IMG/VR virus record: IMGVR_UViG_3300029288_000065
Span: 1-64,000 of that record
Length of the DNA stretch: 64,000 nt
Reading direction: 5' to 3' (one strand)
Origin: a virus
Taxonomy: Duplodnaviria > Caudoviricetes
The position numbers were made by a program, and so were the translations under genes. Positions 27,446 to 37,513 of this stretch are shown piece by piece (position 1 is the first letter of the stretch; every line of letters begins with the position of its first letter). A model generated the notes under the pieces. It was given only the letters and a program-made list of their open reading frames with translations. It ran no database searches and was not told the DNA's origin.

Positions 27446-27747
27446 TGCGTATTGAAATTAAAAGTGGTCATGATCTCAAGTTTGCGGTAAAGCGTATGAT
27501 GACCAATCTTTCAGATGAGGTTATTCAAAAGGTCAATCATAAGGTGATTGAGAATATTGAAGCCAGGACGAAGTCAAAGGTGGTTGTTGCTTCTAGGAGT
27601 AACGAATCTGTTATTGTTTTAATGTCTGATAAAGATTCTTTAAATAAGGATCAGAAGGTTTTCAAACAAGTCGTTGAAGATTTGGATTTACTGGTTGGTC
27701 AACGTGGTGGAAAAGATCAGAATGTTTTAAAGTTCTTGGAAGAATAA
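27445..27747 (+). CDS. hypothetical protein
   Basis: coupled to upstream gene; SD AAGGAG. Confidence 0.6.
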   Translation: MRIEIKSGHDLKFAVKRMMTNLSDEVIQKVNHKVIENIEARTKSKVVVASRSNESVIVLMSDKDSLNKDQKVFKQVVEDLDLLVGQRGGKDQNVLKFLEE

Positions 27748-27766
27748 GACATTCTGGAGGTGATTT

Positions 27767-28642
27767 ACGCCAATTTATCATTTTGATGCTGCAGAAGTAG
27801 CAGATGGAAAGAAATTAACGGATCTTCGTTTTGATCCAATGCACAAAGACGCTATTGAGCAGAAACCAAATCCTTTTCCTATAAAGCCTGTTGATAAGAA
27901 GCTTGGTATCTTTACCTTTGAAAATCAGAATATTGATAAAGAAGAGGAAATTAGAGAAATTCTTCCGCAGGGTTTTAGGACGATGGATCGTGGTATAAAG
28001 AATTATTTTGCTGGTGTGCGTGTTCCGACAAAGAATGGTATTAAGTTAATGCAGGTTAGAATTAGTGGCGGTGACAAGCCCTATTTGATTTGGGCACAAG
28101 ATTTAAAGAGAGGAAGAATCACTCTTCCTGTAATGTCAATAAAGAGGGAGGGTGAAGAACCTTTCCTTGAGAAGTTTAGCCCAGCACATCATCATTATTT
28201 GACAAAGAGGTTTTTGGACCAGGATTTGACAAGGATAGCACTTTCGTACAGACCTATTCCTGCTAAGATTAGCTATTCTCTTTCTGTTTGGGCAGAACAT
28301 AAGAGAGATTTGGAATATATTCTTTACCAAGTTAGGACCAGGTTTAATCCAATTGCTTCATTTTACGTTGAAGATGAATATTTTAAGTGTGAGATTATTT
28401 TACATTATAATGGAATGTCTCCTGTAGTAGACGATGATGTACCTGCTGATCAGCGTGCCAATAAGAGATATGATTTTAATATACAAATGGAGGGATATCT
28501 ACCATTGCCAGAGAAAGTTGTGCCATCGATACTCGGAAGAGTAACTACAATAAAGGACATGAGCATAAGTAATTACGGTGACGTACTCCAAGTCCTTGAG
28601 GGCAAGTTGAATCTTGCTGATGTCAACGTACCAAGGAGCTAA
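27767..28642 (+). CDS. tail terminator/sheath stabiliser gp15-like (possible ACG start; first ATG 27839)
   Basis: ITLPVMSIKR, PIPAKISYSLSVWA, EGYLP; upstream of sheath. Confidence 0.7.
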   Translation, partial: TPIYHFDAAEVADGKKLTDLRFDPMHKDAIEQKPNPFPIKPVDKKLGIFTFENQNIDKEEEIREILPQGFRTMDRGIKNYFAGVRVPTKNGIKLMQVRISGGDKPYLIWAQDLKRGRITLPVMSIKREGEEPFLEKFSPAHHHYLTKRFLDQDLTRIALSYRPIPAKISYSLSVWAEHKRDLEYILYQVRTRFNPIASFYVEDEYFKCEIILHYNGMSPVVDDDVPADQRANKRYDFNIQMEGYLPLPEKVVPSILGRVTTIKDMSISNYGDVLQVLEGKLNLADVNVPRS

Positions 28643-28645
28643 AGA

Positions 28646-28981
28646 ATGGCAGACGCCAATGTGAAACCAACCGCTCGTCCAAAGACCATGCGGGAGATCC
28701 AAGCAGAGAAAGCGGCGAAACACCATTCGTCCCAAGCAACTATCACTGTTACAAATATCTCAAAGCAATTGATAAAGATCCACCTCAATGCACCCAAGGG
28801 TGTTGATTTCTACGTTGGTGCACAAGACATTAGTTTAAAACCAAACCAAACATATCCTTTCAAAAAGAATCGAGTACGGATGGATCAGATTACCAATCTT
28901 CGTAAAAAGGGTAAGATTGCCTATGTAAGCGAAACTCCTGAAGAAGAGGAAGTTAGTGGGAAAGTTGTTCGAATTAAATAG
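28646..28981 (+). CDS. hypothetical virion-region protein
   Basis: SD AAGGAG. Confidence 0.6.
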   Translation: MADANVKPTARPKTMREIQAEKAAKHHSSQATITVTNISKQLIKIHLNAPKGVDFYVGAQDISLKPNQTYPFKKNRVRMDQITNLRKKGKIAYVSETPEEEEVSGKVVRIK

Positions 28982-29035
28982 TTCTGCCTATCTTTAGCAA
29001 AAATATATTGACGAATGACCAATAGGAGATAACCC

Positions 29036-31912
29036 ATGGCAGTCTTCCTCTCTCCGGGCGTGTTCCCAAGAGAAATTGACCTGAGCATTGTACCAGCCGC
29101 TGTGGGTGCACTCACTCCTGCGTTTATTGGTACTGCGAAGAAGGGACCAGTACAAACTCCCACCTTCGTAAGCAACGCTCAACAATTCATTGACACTTTC
29201 GGAACACCATTCCCAGAAAGTTATCTGGGGTATGCTGTCATGGCATACTTTGAAGAAGGAAACAGAGCTTGGGTCTTACGCGTTGGTGTTGAATGTGAAG
29301 AAGGTCAGCCAACCGAATTGGGAGATATCTGTATTGACACCTCAGGTGCACGAGCACACGGCTGGGGTAGAGTGGCAGTATTCTCAGGAATCGATTTTGG
29401 CAAAATCTGCACAAAAGTGATTGATGCCAATAACCCTCTTTCATTTCATAGAGCATTAATTGACAACATTGATTATAATGACATTCTTATCCACCCAACA
29501 GAAGGACCAGCCAATGCAACTCTAACTATGGTAAACATCCATGGTTACACTGGTGCCATTGATGATTCATTTACAGTTCTGATCACCAGTGATGTTCCAC
29601 CAACCGGTGGTTCGACTTTGGATGGTGCAGGATATGAAGTAACCAGAAATTCTGATGGAGCAGTTGTTCTGGTTGGAACTCTTGAAGAAAGTATGGTCCC
29701 TGGCACATCAGAAGTAATTGATATTGGAGATGGTATCTCCTTCTCGGTGGTTGTGATTGGGTCTGTTGCACTGGCTACAAACGATACGTTTACCTTCACA
29801 GTTACTCCAGATAACAGAGTTTTCTCCTTTGATGTAGACCGCCAAGGCACTCCAGATAGTGCCATTCCTGGCCCAGTGGTCAGCTTCACGATTCCTGACG
29901 GCTCGGTTTACACCACGGCAACCGATTTCGCAGATGCAATTAATTTGCTGATCGGTAGTGGCCAGCCTTATTTGGGTATTGCCAAGAGTGATGATACGGT
30001 TTGCTTCCAGACAGACGTTGCAGGACGAAATATCCAGTTGGTCAGCACAGAAGCATTTGCTCTTGAAATTGGACGTTCGCTATATGATTATGATATTCCT
30101 AGAAGCTTCCTGACATCAACCCAGACTGGTCCTTATAATATCACCTCTGAGAATAACCGAGTTAGTATGCTGGCTGTCGGTGAAACTCAAACTGTTGAGA
30201 TTGATTTTAGTCTACCAGTAGGTAATGGAATTACTGCTACGGTCTTGGCAGCTTCAATTAACTTGGGAGGTACGTTTGCTGGTGGGAAATATTGGCGATC
30301 GTTTGCGATGCTTGTTCCAGGTGGTGAAGAACAGATCTTCATTGAAACTTCTCTGGCTCATGAATTTGACCAGTTGAAGCTCCAGGCAGACCTTTCTCAT
30401 TACAAGAGCCTTCGCTTTGCTGAAACCCTTGTAATTCTTTACCCATACACGAGAGCTTACAGGGTATTCAGTGATCCGAGAGTGGTCCTCCCGGCTTCTG
30501 GTCAAATTACTCCAAGTCAGCCCCTTTCTTGTGAGGTTGACCCGCTGAGTGATGAATGTGCCGCTGATTCTGCGTATTATCAGAATATTGTTGGATGGTT
30601 GGTTGCGACTTCTCCTGGTACCTGGATTGATGATTATACTATTACAATGACAATTTATGATAAGGGAGAGGGTGTTGGTTCTGTTTCTGGAAGATTCCAG
30701 ATCGACGTTTTGGATTCAAGTCTGAACGTGGTTGAATCAATCACTGATGTAAGTTTCAGTCCGCTTGATGATCGTTACATCAGTAATGTGATCAATCCTG
30801 GTTCAGTTTATGGTGGAGTCAATGGTAATTCCTACTTAAACTGGATCCCACGACCTGCTTTCCTTAATAACGATCCAGTAAATGATCCGACGAATTTTGA
30901 AGTTAGAGTTCCAGGTTCCTTCTACCAGACAGAACCAACTGGCGGAGCCAATGGAATTCCGACTGATCCTTCATACAGTTCAGAACTTGATCGGGCGATC
31001 ATTGGTAACCCAGCGGCTGAAACGGGCATCTTCGCCTTCCAGAACCCAGAAGTGTACGATATCACCTTGCTCATCATCCCAGGTGCCAGCTCTGGTGCAG
31101 TGATTGGTCAGGGGCTTCAGATGTGCGAAGCTCGTGGCGATGTGATGATGATTATTGACCCGCCATTCGGTCTGCGGGCTCAGCAGGTGGTTGATTGGCA
31201 TAATGGCATTCTCTACTCTGATCTGGCGCAAGCGATCAACTCCAGCTACGGTGCTCTTTATCATCCGTGGTTGAAGATTTTCGACCAGTTCAGCGGTGAG
31301 AATATTTTCATCCCGCCAAGCGGTCATGTCAGCTCGGTCTACGCAAGAACGGCGAGAGTTGCAGAACAGTGGTTTGCTCCTGCCGGTTTGAATCGCGGTC
31401 ACTTGTTGACCCCGATTGATGTTGAGATCGATTTGACGCTTGGTGAGAGAGACTTGATGTACGGCTTCGGGAATGCAGTTAACCCGATTGTTAATTTCCC
31501 ACAGGATGGTATTGTGGTTTGGGGCCAGAGAACATTGCAGAGGAAGCAGTCTGCTCTGGACCGAGTGAACGTACGATTACTCCTGATTTACATCAAGAAG
31601 AACGCTACAAGATTCCTGAGATCATTTGTGTTCGAGCCAAACGACGCAGTAACAAGAGCACAGGTTGTGAACGTGAGTGTACCTTTCCTTGCTGACATCC
31701 AGGCACGTAGAGGTCTCCAGGCATTTAATGTGGTCTGTGACGAGAGAAACAATACAGCAGAGAGAATTGACCGGAATGAGTTGCATGTTGCTTACTTCCT
31801 GAAGCCGACAAGAGCTGCTGAATTCATTGTACTGAATCTGGTTGTTCTCAGAACCAATGCAAGTTTCAGTGCTGCAGAAATTCTGGCTGCTGGTGGAGTG
31901 GTTGCTGGGTAA
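29036..31912 (+). CDS. tail sheath protein (gp18-like)
   Basis: SPGVFPREID, GTAKKGP, WFAPAGLNRG, WGQRTL, RVNVRLL, FEPND, KPTRAAEFI. Confidence 0.95.
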   Translation: MAVFLSPGVFPREIDLSIVPAAVGALTPAFIGTAKKGPVQTPTFVSNAQQFIDTFGTPFPESYLGYAVMAYFEEGNRAWVLRVGVECEEGQPTELGDICIDTSGARAHGWGRVAVFSGIDFGKICTKVIDANNPLSFHRALIDNIDYNDILIHPTEGPANATLTMVNIHGYTGAIDDSFTVLITSDVPPTGGSTLDGAGYEVTRNSDGAVVLVGTLEESMVPGTSEVIDIGDGISFSVVVIGSVALATNDTFTFTVTPDNRVFSFDVDRQGTPDSAIPGPVVSFTIPDGSVYTTATDFADAINLLIGSGQPYLGIAKSDDTVCFQTDVAGRNIQLVSTEAFALEIGRSLYDYDIPRSFLTSTQTGPYNITSENNRVSMLAVGETQTVEIDFSLPVGNGITATVLAASINLGGTFAGGKYWRSFAMLVPGGEEQIFIETSLAHEFDQLKLQADLSHYKSLRFAETLVILYPYTRAYRVFSDPRVVLPASGQITPSQPLSCEVDPLSDECAADSAYYQNIVGWLVATSPGTWIDDYTITMTIYDKGEGVGSVSGRFQIDVLDSSLNVVESITDVSFSPLDDRYISNVINPGSVYGGVNGNSYLNWIPRPAFLNNDPVNDPTNFEVRVPGSFYQTEPTGGANGIPTDPSYSSELDRAIIGNPAAETGIFAFQNPEVYDITLLIIPGASSGAVIGQGLQMCEARGDVMMIIDPPFGLRAQQVVDWHNGILYSDLAQAINSSYGALYHPWLKIFDQFSGENIFIPPSGHVSSVYARTARVAEQWFAPAGLNRGHLLTPIDVEIDLTLGERDLMYGFGNAVNPIVNFPQDGIVVWGQRTLQRKQSALDRVNVRLLLIYIKKNATRFLRSFVFEPNDAVTRAQVVNVSVPFLADIQARRGLQAFNVVCDERNNTAERIDRNELHVAYFLKPTRAAEFIVLNLVVLRTNASFSAAEILAAGGVVAG

Positions 31913-31932
31913 AGAACGAGACAGAAAGGCAG

Positions 31933-31960
31933 ATTGGGCCACACATTTGTGTGGCCCAAT
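31933..31960. terminator. hairpin between convergent genes
   Basis: ATTGGGCCACAC/GTGTGGCCCAAT. Confidence 0.7.
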
Positions 31961-31962
31961 TG

Positions 31963-32994
31963 CTATTTAATAAAATCTAGATATTTCTTCAGAATTTTGT
32001 CTGGGGTAAATTCCCTGGAATAAATTATACTGTTCTTACCATACTTTTTAATCCAATCAGGGTTTTCAATTAAGTAACATAAGTATCCGTAGAATTCATC
32101 TAATGAATTACATAAGAATCCATTATTTCCGTGTAGAATTTGATCTTTATTTCCTCCTCTGTTATTTGCCAAAATAGGACAACCACTTAACATCCCTTCG
32201 GCAACTGCTCTTGACCATGGTTCAATTCTTCCCCAATCAATGAAGAAGAGGAATATATCTATATTCTGTAGATATTCTTTAACTGAAACGGAAAATTCTT
32301 TCCTGATTATTATATTTGGTATCTCATCTAATTCCTTAGCATTATCTCCATCTACTCCAAGAAAATCCCATAATATTTGATCTTTATATTTTTCATTTAT
32401 TCTTTGAATTAATGAATGTGTCTCTTTATTAAATTTATATGAAATTGATTTGGAATGTCTTCCAATTCTTATTTTGTTACTTTTTGTCTTTTCTGAGGAA
32501 ACTTTATTTTGATCTATTGGTGATTCCAGGAATATTCTTGGGAAATGTCTTATTTCATTGAATCTACTTTGTGTGCTTATTTCATTGAAGAAATGTTTAT
32601 TTGCAGTTATTATTCTTACGTCCGGACATTTGGTTTTGATAGTAGAAAGATGTTTGGATGGGTCCAATACGAAATTATAGAGTACTACGAGTTGTTTGAT
32701 TTTGGTGAGGTCTACTTTTTTCTCTTCCCAATATTCTAGCTTTGAGAAATTGTAACTATCTGTGTTAATTACTAGAATTGAATCCATTTCATATAATAGA
32801 GAAATATTATTTTTAAATATTTCTTCTAAGATTTGTACTTTTTCTATACAAACCGCTTTGATTTTTTCATTTATTTTGTTTTCACAGAAAATATATGTTT
32901 CGTGGTCTGCCCTAGCTAGGGAGTTGGCCATTTCGGCGGCACGGAATTCGCTTCCTCCGCTTGCGCCAAGTTTTGAGAATATTCCAATTTTCAT
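31963..32994 (-). CDS. family 4 (GT-B) glycosyltransferase
   Basis: GGSE, IDIFL, EPWSRAVAEGMLSGCPILA.N.GG..DQI.HG.NGFL. Confidence 0.88.
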   Translation of the reverse strand: MKIGIFSKLGASGGSEFRAAEMANSLARADHETYIFCENKINEKIKAVCIEKVQILEEIFKNNISLLYEMDSILVINTDSYNFSKLEYWEEKKVDLTKIKQLVVLYNFVLDPSKHLSTIKTKCPDVRIITANKHFFNEISTQSRFNEIRHFPRIFLESPIDQNKVSSEKTKSNKIRIGRHSKSISYKFNKETHSLIQRINEKYKDQILWDFLGVDGDNAKELDEIPNIIIRKEFSVSVKEYLQNIDIFLFFIDWGRIEPWSRAVAEGMLSGCPILANNRGGNKDQILHGNNGFLCNSLDEFYGYLCYLIENPDWIKKYGKNSIIYSREFTPDKILKKYLDFIK

Positions 32995-33011
32995 CTCTGT
33001 ATTTTATTTAT

Positions 33012-33755
33012 ATGAGTGAATTTGATTGGAATCCAGAGAGTTGTGGGAAATCTCTGTCACCAATCCCACAAATGGTTTCCATTGTGGATCATTACAAGAG
33101 GATTGAGAAAATGGAATGGAAAGAACGAGTTGGAGTTATGCTTGGAAAGGTCCATGATTTGTGTTTAAATTGTACTATGTGCCATCTTGGATGGAAACCG
33201 TGTGAAGAGTTTGATACAGTGTTTGACCCTCATGTGTTCAGTAATATGTCTCCTAGCAGGTGGATGGTGGTTGGCCAGAATCCAGGGTATAATGAGTGTA
33301 TACAACATATTCCTTTTGTTGGTGAGGCTGGAAAGTCGTTTGATAAGGCTTTGTCTCGTTTTGGAATTTCTAGGAAGAATATTTATGTGACAAATACGGT
33401 GAAGTGTCATACAATCGGGAATGAAAAGCCTACTTTTGAACAAGTTTCTAGATGTGAGCCCATTTTGCGATTGGAAATTGCTATTCTTCGTCCTCTTTTG
33501 GTTATTACTTTGGGTCAGGTAGCTTTTGAAATTTTGTGCGGTGGGAATAAAATTAAGCCTGTGTATAGTGAAAATCTTGGAAAAATGATTTTTTCTGAGA
33601 AATTTGGTGTTAAGGTTTATCCTGTTTATCACCCTTCTCCACGGAATTTGAGTGATGAGACCCGAAAGAAGAAATTTAATGAGCAAATGGTCCGTCTTTG
33701 TAAGGTAATTAGGAATTTTAATCCTTCTGCTGGAGAAGATGCTCAGCAAAAATAA
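33012..33755 (+). CDS. uracil-DNA glycosylase, family 4
   Basis: C..C..C Fe-S Cys, VGQNPG..E...PFVGEAG, TNTVKC, YHPSP. Confidence 0.9.
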   Translation: MSEFDWNPESCGKSLSPIPQMVSIVDHYKRIEKMEWKERVGVMLGKVHDLCLNCTMCHLGWKPCEEFDTVFDPHVFSNMSPSRWMVVGQNPGYNECIQHIPFVGEAGKSFDKALSRFGISRKNIYVTNTVKCHTIGNEKPTFEQVSRCEPILRLEIAILRPLLVITLGQVAFEILCGGNKIKPVYSENLGKMIFSEKFGVKVYPVYHPSPRNLSDETRKKKFNEQMVRLCKVIRNFNPSAGEDAQQK

Positions 33756-33780
33756 TATAGAACTACGGAGGAAACAAAAG

Positions 33781-34323
33781 ATGCCAGGCTTCAACATTTG
33801 CGGATATGGTGCCCTTGATAACGGTCCAGCGAATACCTACGAAACCCGTAGAAAACACCGATGGTACTTTGAAACAATTGGAGCCAAAAACGGTGATCTT
33901 CCAAGGAATATGTTGATGGTCTTGAAGACAGCTTCTCGACCACAGTATTCATCGGAAGAAGCAACCATGGACCACAACCAGGAAACGTCGTACTTCGCTG
34001 GTAAGAGCAAATGGGAACCTTGCAAGATGTCGTACTACGATGTTGAGCAAGACCCAAACGTTTCTTCTGAATGTTGGAAATGGTTGACTGGCGTTGTTAA
34101 TTTTACAAAAGGTAGCAAATTGGAAGTTTATGAACCGAAAGATTATAAGAAGAATGCAAAGCTCGTTATGATAAATGGTATTGGTACTGTAAATGAAAGT
34201 TGGTTTATGTGCGGTGTTTGGCCGAAAGATGTAAATTGGCAGGAACTGGATTACACCAGCAGTGAAATTATGCTGGTTGAAGTTAGTATGAGATTTGATC
34301 GTGCATACCGAGAGGATAAGTAA
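33781..34323 (+). CDS. tail tube protein (gp19-like)
   Basis: RKHRWYF, YFAGKSKWEP, YKKN, GVWP..V....LDY.SS. Confidence 0.85.
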   Translation: MPGFNICGYGALDNGPANTYETRRKHRWYFETIGAKNGDLPRNMLMVLKTASRPQYSSEEATMDHNQETSYFAGKSKWEPCKMSYYDVEQDPNVSSECWKWLTGVVNFTKGSKLEVYEPKDYKKNAKLVMINGIGTVNESWFMCGVWPKDVNWQELDYTSSEIMLVEVSMRFDRAYREDK

Positions 34324-34332
34324 GAGGAGTTA

Positions 34333-34851
34333 ATGCCTGGTTTCAATATTGCAGGTTACGGTGGTGATCTAGTCAGTACTCTTGAACCAGCAAGAGCGCA
34401 TAGATGGGTAATCCAACAACTTGGTCCAATTACACAACGTGGCGCAATGTTGGTCGCAAAAGAACTAAACTTACCACAATGGAAAACAGAACGAATAGAA
34501 ATCCTTGGTACCACTCTATGGTATAAATTCGCAAAGAATGTAAAGTGGGATGATATCCAAGTAACATTCTATGATATTCCACAACCAGAATATTCAGCAT
34601 TCGATGAAATAAACAAATGGAGGGATCTTGTTCATACCAACAAAACCGGGATTCTAAAACATGGTGGGAATGGTTATAAGCGCGATTGCGTTTTCCAGGA
34701 GCAAGACGGAAAAGGGGAGTCCATAAGAAATATTAGATTGAAGAATGCTTGGCCAGCATCCATGACCTGGGGAAAGTTATCATATGTAAGTACAGATTTA
34801 AAAATTATTGATTTGACATTGTCATATGATTGGGCCGAAGTTTTCAAATAA
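34333..34851 (+). CDS. second tail tube-like protein (gp19 paralog)
   Basis: MPGFNI start shared with upstream tube; YKRD, NAWP..M.WGKLSY, LSYDWA. Confidence 0.82.
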   Translation: MPGFNIAGYGGDLVSTLEPARAHRWVIQQLGPITQRGAMLVAKELNLPQWKTERIEILGTTLWYKFAKNVKWDDIQVTFYDIPQPEYSAFDEINKWRDLVHTNKTGILKHGGNGYKRDCVFQEQDGKGESIRNIRLKNAWPASMTWGKLSYVSTDLKIIDLTLSYDWAEVFK

Positions 34852-34893
34852 TAATCTACGTAAATAGTATTGGATCTTTTTAGGAGATAGAGT

Positions 34894-35913
34894 ATGGCTC
34901 AGAATGAACAAGAAATTGGTTTGAACATTGGGAAGGGTCCTCACAAAGCACCACAATCAAAAGCTTCTCCTGTTAAAGAAACAATCCCACAAGAAAGTTT
35001 GGCTGAAGTAGCCAAGAATATAACAAACCCTGAAGAACTGATTCGACTTATCGCCAGTAGACCACAAGAAGATTACCTTCCGTGGGAGAAGATAAATCTT
35101 CCAAGTATGGGATTATTCTATAATAGTAGAATTCCAGGCGGTGAGATAGAAGTACGGCCAATGGGTTTGGTAACAGATAAAATTTTGGCGACTTCAAGAT
35201 TGGCGCAATCAGGTCAGTCCATTGACTATATTTATAAGCATTGTGTCCGATTCCCAGACCAAACTTTTGATCCACTCGATCTCTTGACTGGAGATAGAAT
35301 GTTCCTCTTGTTTTACCTCCGTGGTATTACTCATGGAAACAATTACGAGTTTACAGTCACTTGTTCAAATGAGCAATGCAAAAAGATCAGTAATCATGAG
35401 TTTGATTTGAACAAGTTGGCAAAGACTATTAAGAGCCCGAAATATCAATCTGAACCAATTAAGATTGTTCTCCCTTTCCTAACTAAGAAAACTGGGAAAG
35501 AGATTTGGGTTGCTATGCGCTTGATGCGTGGTCGTGATCTTCAGATTATGATAAGAAATCAGAAGATTAAGAGCTCTATGATGGCTGGACAGGCACAGAG
35601 TGCTGCCGAAAAAGAAGGCAGAATCGAGATGAGTCCTACAGAAGTAGTTTTGGATACTACAATTGAAGAGCATCTTAATTTGTTGATTGAATCTGTTAAC
35701 GGTGTAAATGATAGAATGCTAATCTCTCAATTTGTTAAAAAGATGCATGCTTCTGATACCGCTACTATCCGTGAGACGCTCAAGGATGCTCAGCCGGGGA
35801 TTGACACTTCGATTATTATCAAGTGTCCAGAATGCCAGGTTGAGATGAATTTGGACCTCCCGGTCACTGAATCCTTTTTTCGCCCAACAGAGTCACGAAG
35901 AACTGGAGAGTAG
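34894..35913 (+). CDS. tail/baseplate assembly chaperone (T4 gp26/gp51-like)
   Basis: LPSMGLFY, LLTGDRMFLLFYLRGITHG, two Cys pairs, C-terminal ESFFRP. Confidence 0.75.
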   Translation: MAQNEQEIGLNIGKGPHKAPQSKASPVKETIPQESLAEVAKNITNPEELIRLIASRPQEDYLPWEKINLPSMGLFYNSRIPGGEIEVRPMGLVTDKILATSRLAQSGQSIDYIYKHCVRFPDQTFDPLDLLTGDRMFLLFYLRGITHGNNYEFTVTCSNEQCKKISNHEFDLNKLAKTIKSPKYQSEPIKIVLPFLTKKTGKEIWVAMRLMRGRDLQIMIRNQKIKSSMMAGQAQSAAEKEGRIEMSPTEVVLDTTIEEHLNLLIESVNGVNDRMLISQFVKKMHASDTATIRETLKDAQPGIDTSIIIKCPECQVEMNLDLPVTESFFRPTESRRTGE

Positions 35914-35926
35914 GTATAGAAACTTA

Positions 35927-36097
35927 ATGGAGCAGGTCTTTATTTTGAAGTATTATGGGAAGTTTACTCTTGATGAGATGGCATATCTAACTGCAGAGGA
36001 TAGAGCACAGATATATAATAGGATTATAGAGGAACTCAAGAAACAAAATTCTGACGATCAGCAAAATCAGGGTCTCGGAGGATCCCGTTTCAAATGA
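35927..36097 (+). CDS. small chaperone-associated ORF (possible frameshift extension of upstream gene)
   Basis: MEQVFILKYYGKFTLDEMAYLTAEDR; this frame is open from 35849. Confidence 0.65.
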   Translation: MEQVFILKYYGKFTLDEMAYLTAEDRAQIYNRIIEELKKQNSDDQQNQGLGGSRFK

Positions 36098-36124
36098 TGA
36101 TCAAAAATAATGTGGAGATTACTA

Positions 36125-36991
36125 ATGGAAATATTTCCGAGGATCAGTGGACGTACTGGACAATTACTTGATTTAAATATTACATTTTATCAAAATGGGG
36201 TACCAACGGACCCTTGGGCAATTACCAAAGTTTCAATTTATAAGGAATCTGTTCAACCTGAAAATCTGGTGGCAGAAATCCCAATTACACCAAATTGTGA
36301 GGCTGGTTATCCAAGTCCAATTAGTAGAGAATTACTGAATCCACCACCAGGTACTGGTCCTTGTGGTACTGCGCCAGATCCAGATGCTGAATATAAACCA
36401 GGTGTTTACCACTTATATTGGCAAGTACCAGATGATATTCCTGTACCAAACATGTTTTTTGATGTTTGGTCATATATTCCTACAAATCCCGGAATTACCC
36501 CCGGCACAACTGGGGGAACTGGATGTAGTGCAGAGCAACTTGCCGTTCTTGCCAATGAAGATCTCTGGCATAACTGCTGCAACGAGTTCTGGCTATATCC
36601 AGATTCAAGTTACTGTGACACAGGTCTTGAAAATATTCGACTTGGTTTTGAAGCTATGGATGTAAAGTTCTATCAACCTGAAAAGAGAAAGATTGAAGTT
36701 GGAATAATGCCATTACCATTATATGATTTTGATTATAATAAAATTATGCCAATTATTCCATTATTGAAGGCGTTCATTACTATCTATACTGATAATAATG
36801 AACTTATTTTGGATAAAACTGCGATGACGATTGGGATTAGACAAGGAACATACAGGACAAACCCATTCACATTACAATATCTCTTGGATACTTCGACATT
36901 ATTGAAGGGATCATATAAATATAGAGTGGAGGTAAATCTTCCGAATGGTGAATCACGAGCAAGTTCTGATTTCAATTTCCAGGTGAGCTAA
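36125..36991 (+). CDS. hypothetical virion protein
   Basis: beta-rich, Cys/Pro/Gly-rich; upstream CAAAAATA. Confidence 0.6.
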   Translation: MEIFPRISGRTGQLLDLNITFYQNGVPTDPWAITKVSIYKESVQPENLVAEIPITPNCEAGYPSPISRELLNPPPGTGPCGTAPDPDAEYKPGVYHLYWQVPDDIPVPNMFFDVWSYIPTNPGITPGTTGGTGCSAEQLAVLANEDLWHNCCNEFWLYPDSSYCDTGLENIRLGFEAMDVKFYQPEKRKIEVGIMPLPLYDFDYNKIMPIIPLLKAFITIYTDNNELILDKTAMTIGIRQGTYRTNPFTLQYLLDTSTLLKGSYKYRVEVNLPNGESRASSDFNFQVS

Positions 36992-37500
36992 TGAAATGTC
37001 TAAATGATGTAGGTTTAAAGAAATTGATGATTTTCTTGGAATCTCGTATACCTGGTATTTCTCAATTGGTTGAGATTGATGGAAATAAGTTATCAATTGA
37101 CAAAAACATTAAACTTTATGCTTTTGTTGAAGAACCAGTAACTGAGGCAATTGAGGTTCCTGTAAGTCCTCAAGAACCTCTTACACCATCAGTAGTGGCA
37201 CAACAGGCTTCCAAGATACCTGCAGCACAAGAACCATCCCAAACTGAAAAATTGAGAGCAATTAAGACTCAGAAAGATATTGAGGAGTTGCGCCGACAAC
37301 AGGAGGAATTAGGAGAAGAACAGGATGAACTTTCTGAGAAATTTAAAAAGAAAACTGATACAGCAATGCCGGTAACTGTACAAACTCCTCTAAGTCCAGA
37401 GAAGAAAGTATTAAGGAGGCAGCAAGATATTGCACAACAGAGAGCTTATAGAAGCTTGGCGCAACAACTCAAACAGGAAGCATCACCAGAAGTTTCGTAG
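36991..37500 (+). CDS. hypothetical protein
   Basis: coupled ORF; coiled coil. Confidence 0.55.
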   Translation: MKCLNDVGLKKLMIFLESRIPGISQLVEIDGNKLSIDKNIKLYAFVEEPVTEAIEVPVSPQEPLTPSVVAQQASKIPAAQEPSQTEKLRAIKTQKDIEELRRQQEELGEEQDELSEKFKKKTDTAMPVTVQTPLSPEKKVLRRQQDIAQQRAYRSLAQQLKQEASPEVS

Positions 37501-37513
37501 TATTTAATTTAAA

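Noticed and set aside
11418-36097. Bacterial contractile injection system or tailocin instead of a phage
   Set aside because: A complete head-packaging module, replication genes and a tRNA array are present, consistent with a phage genome.
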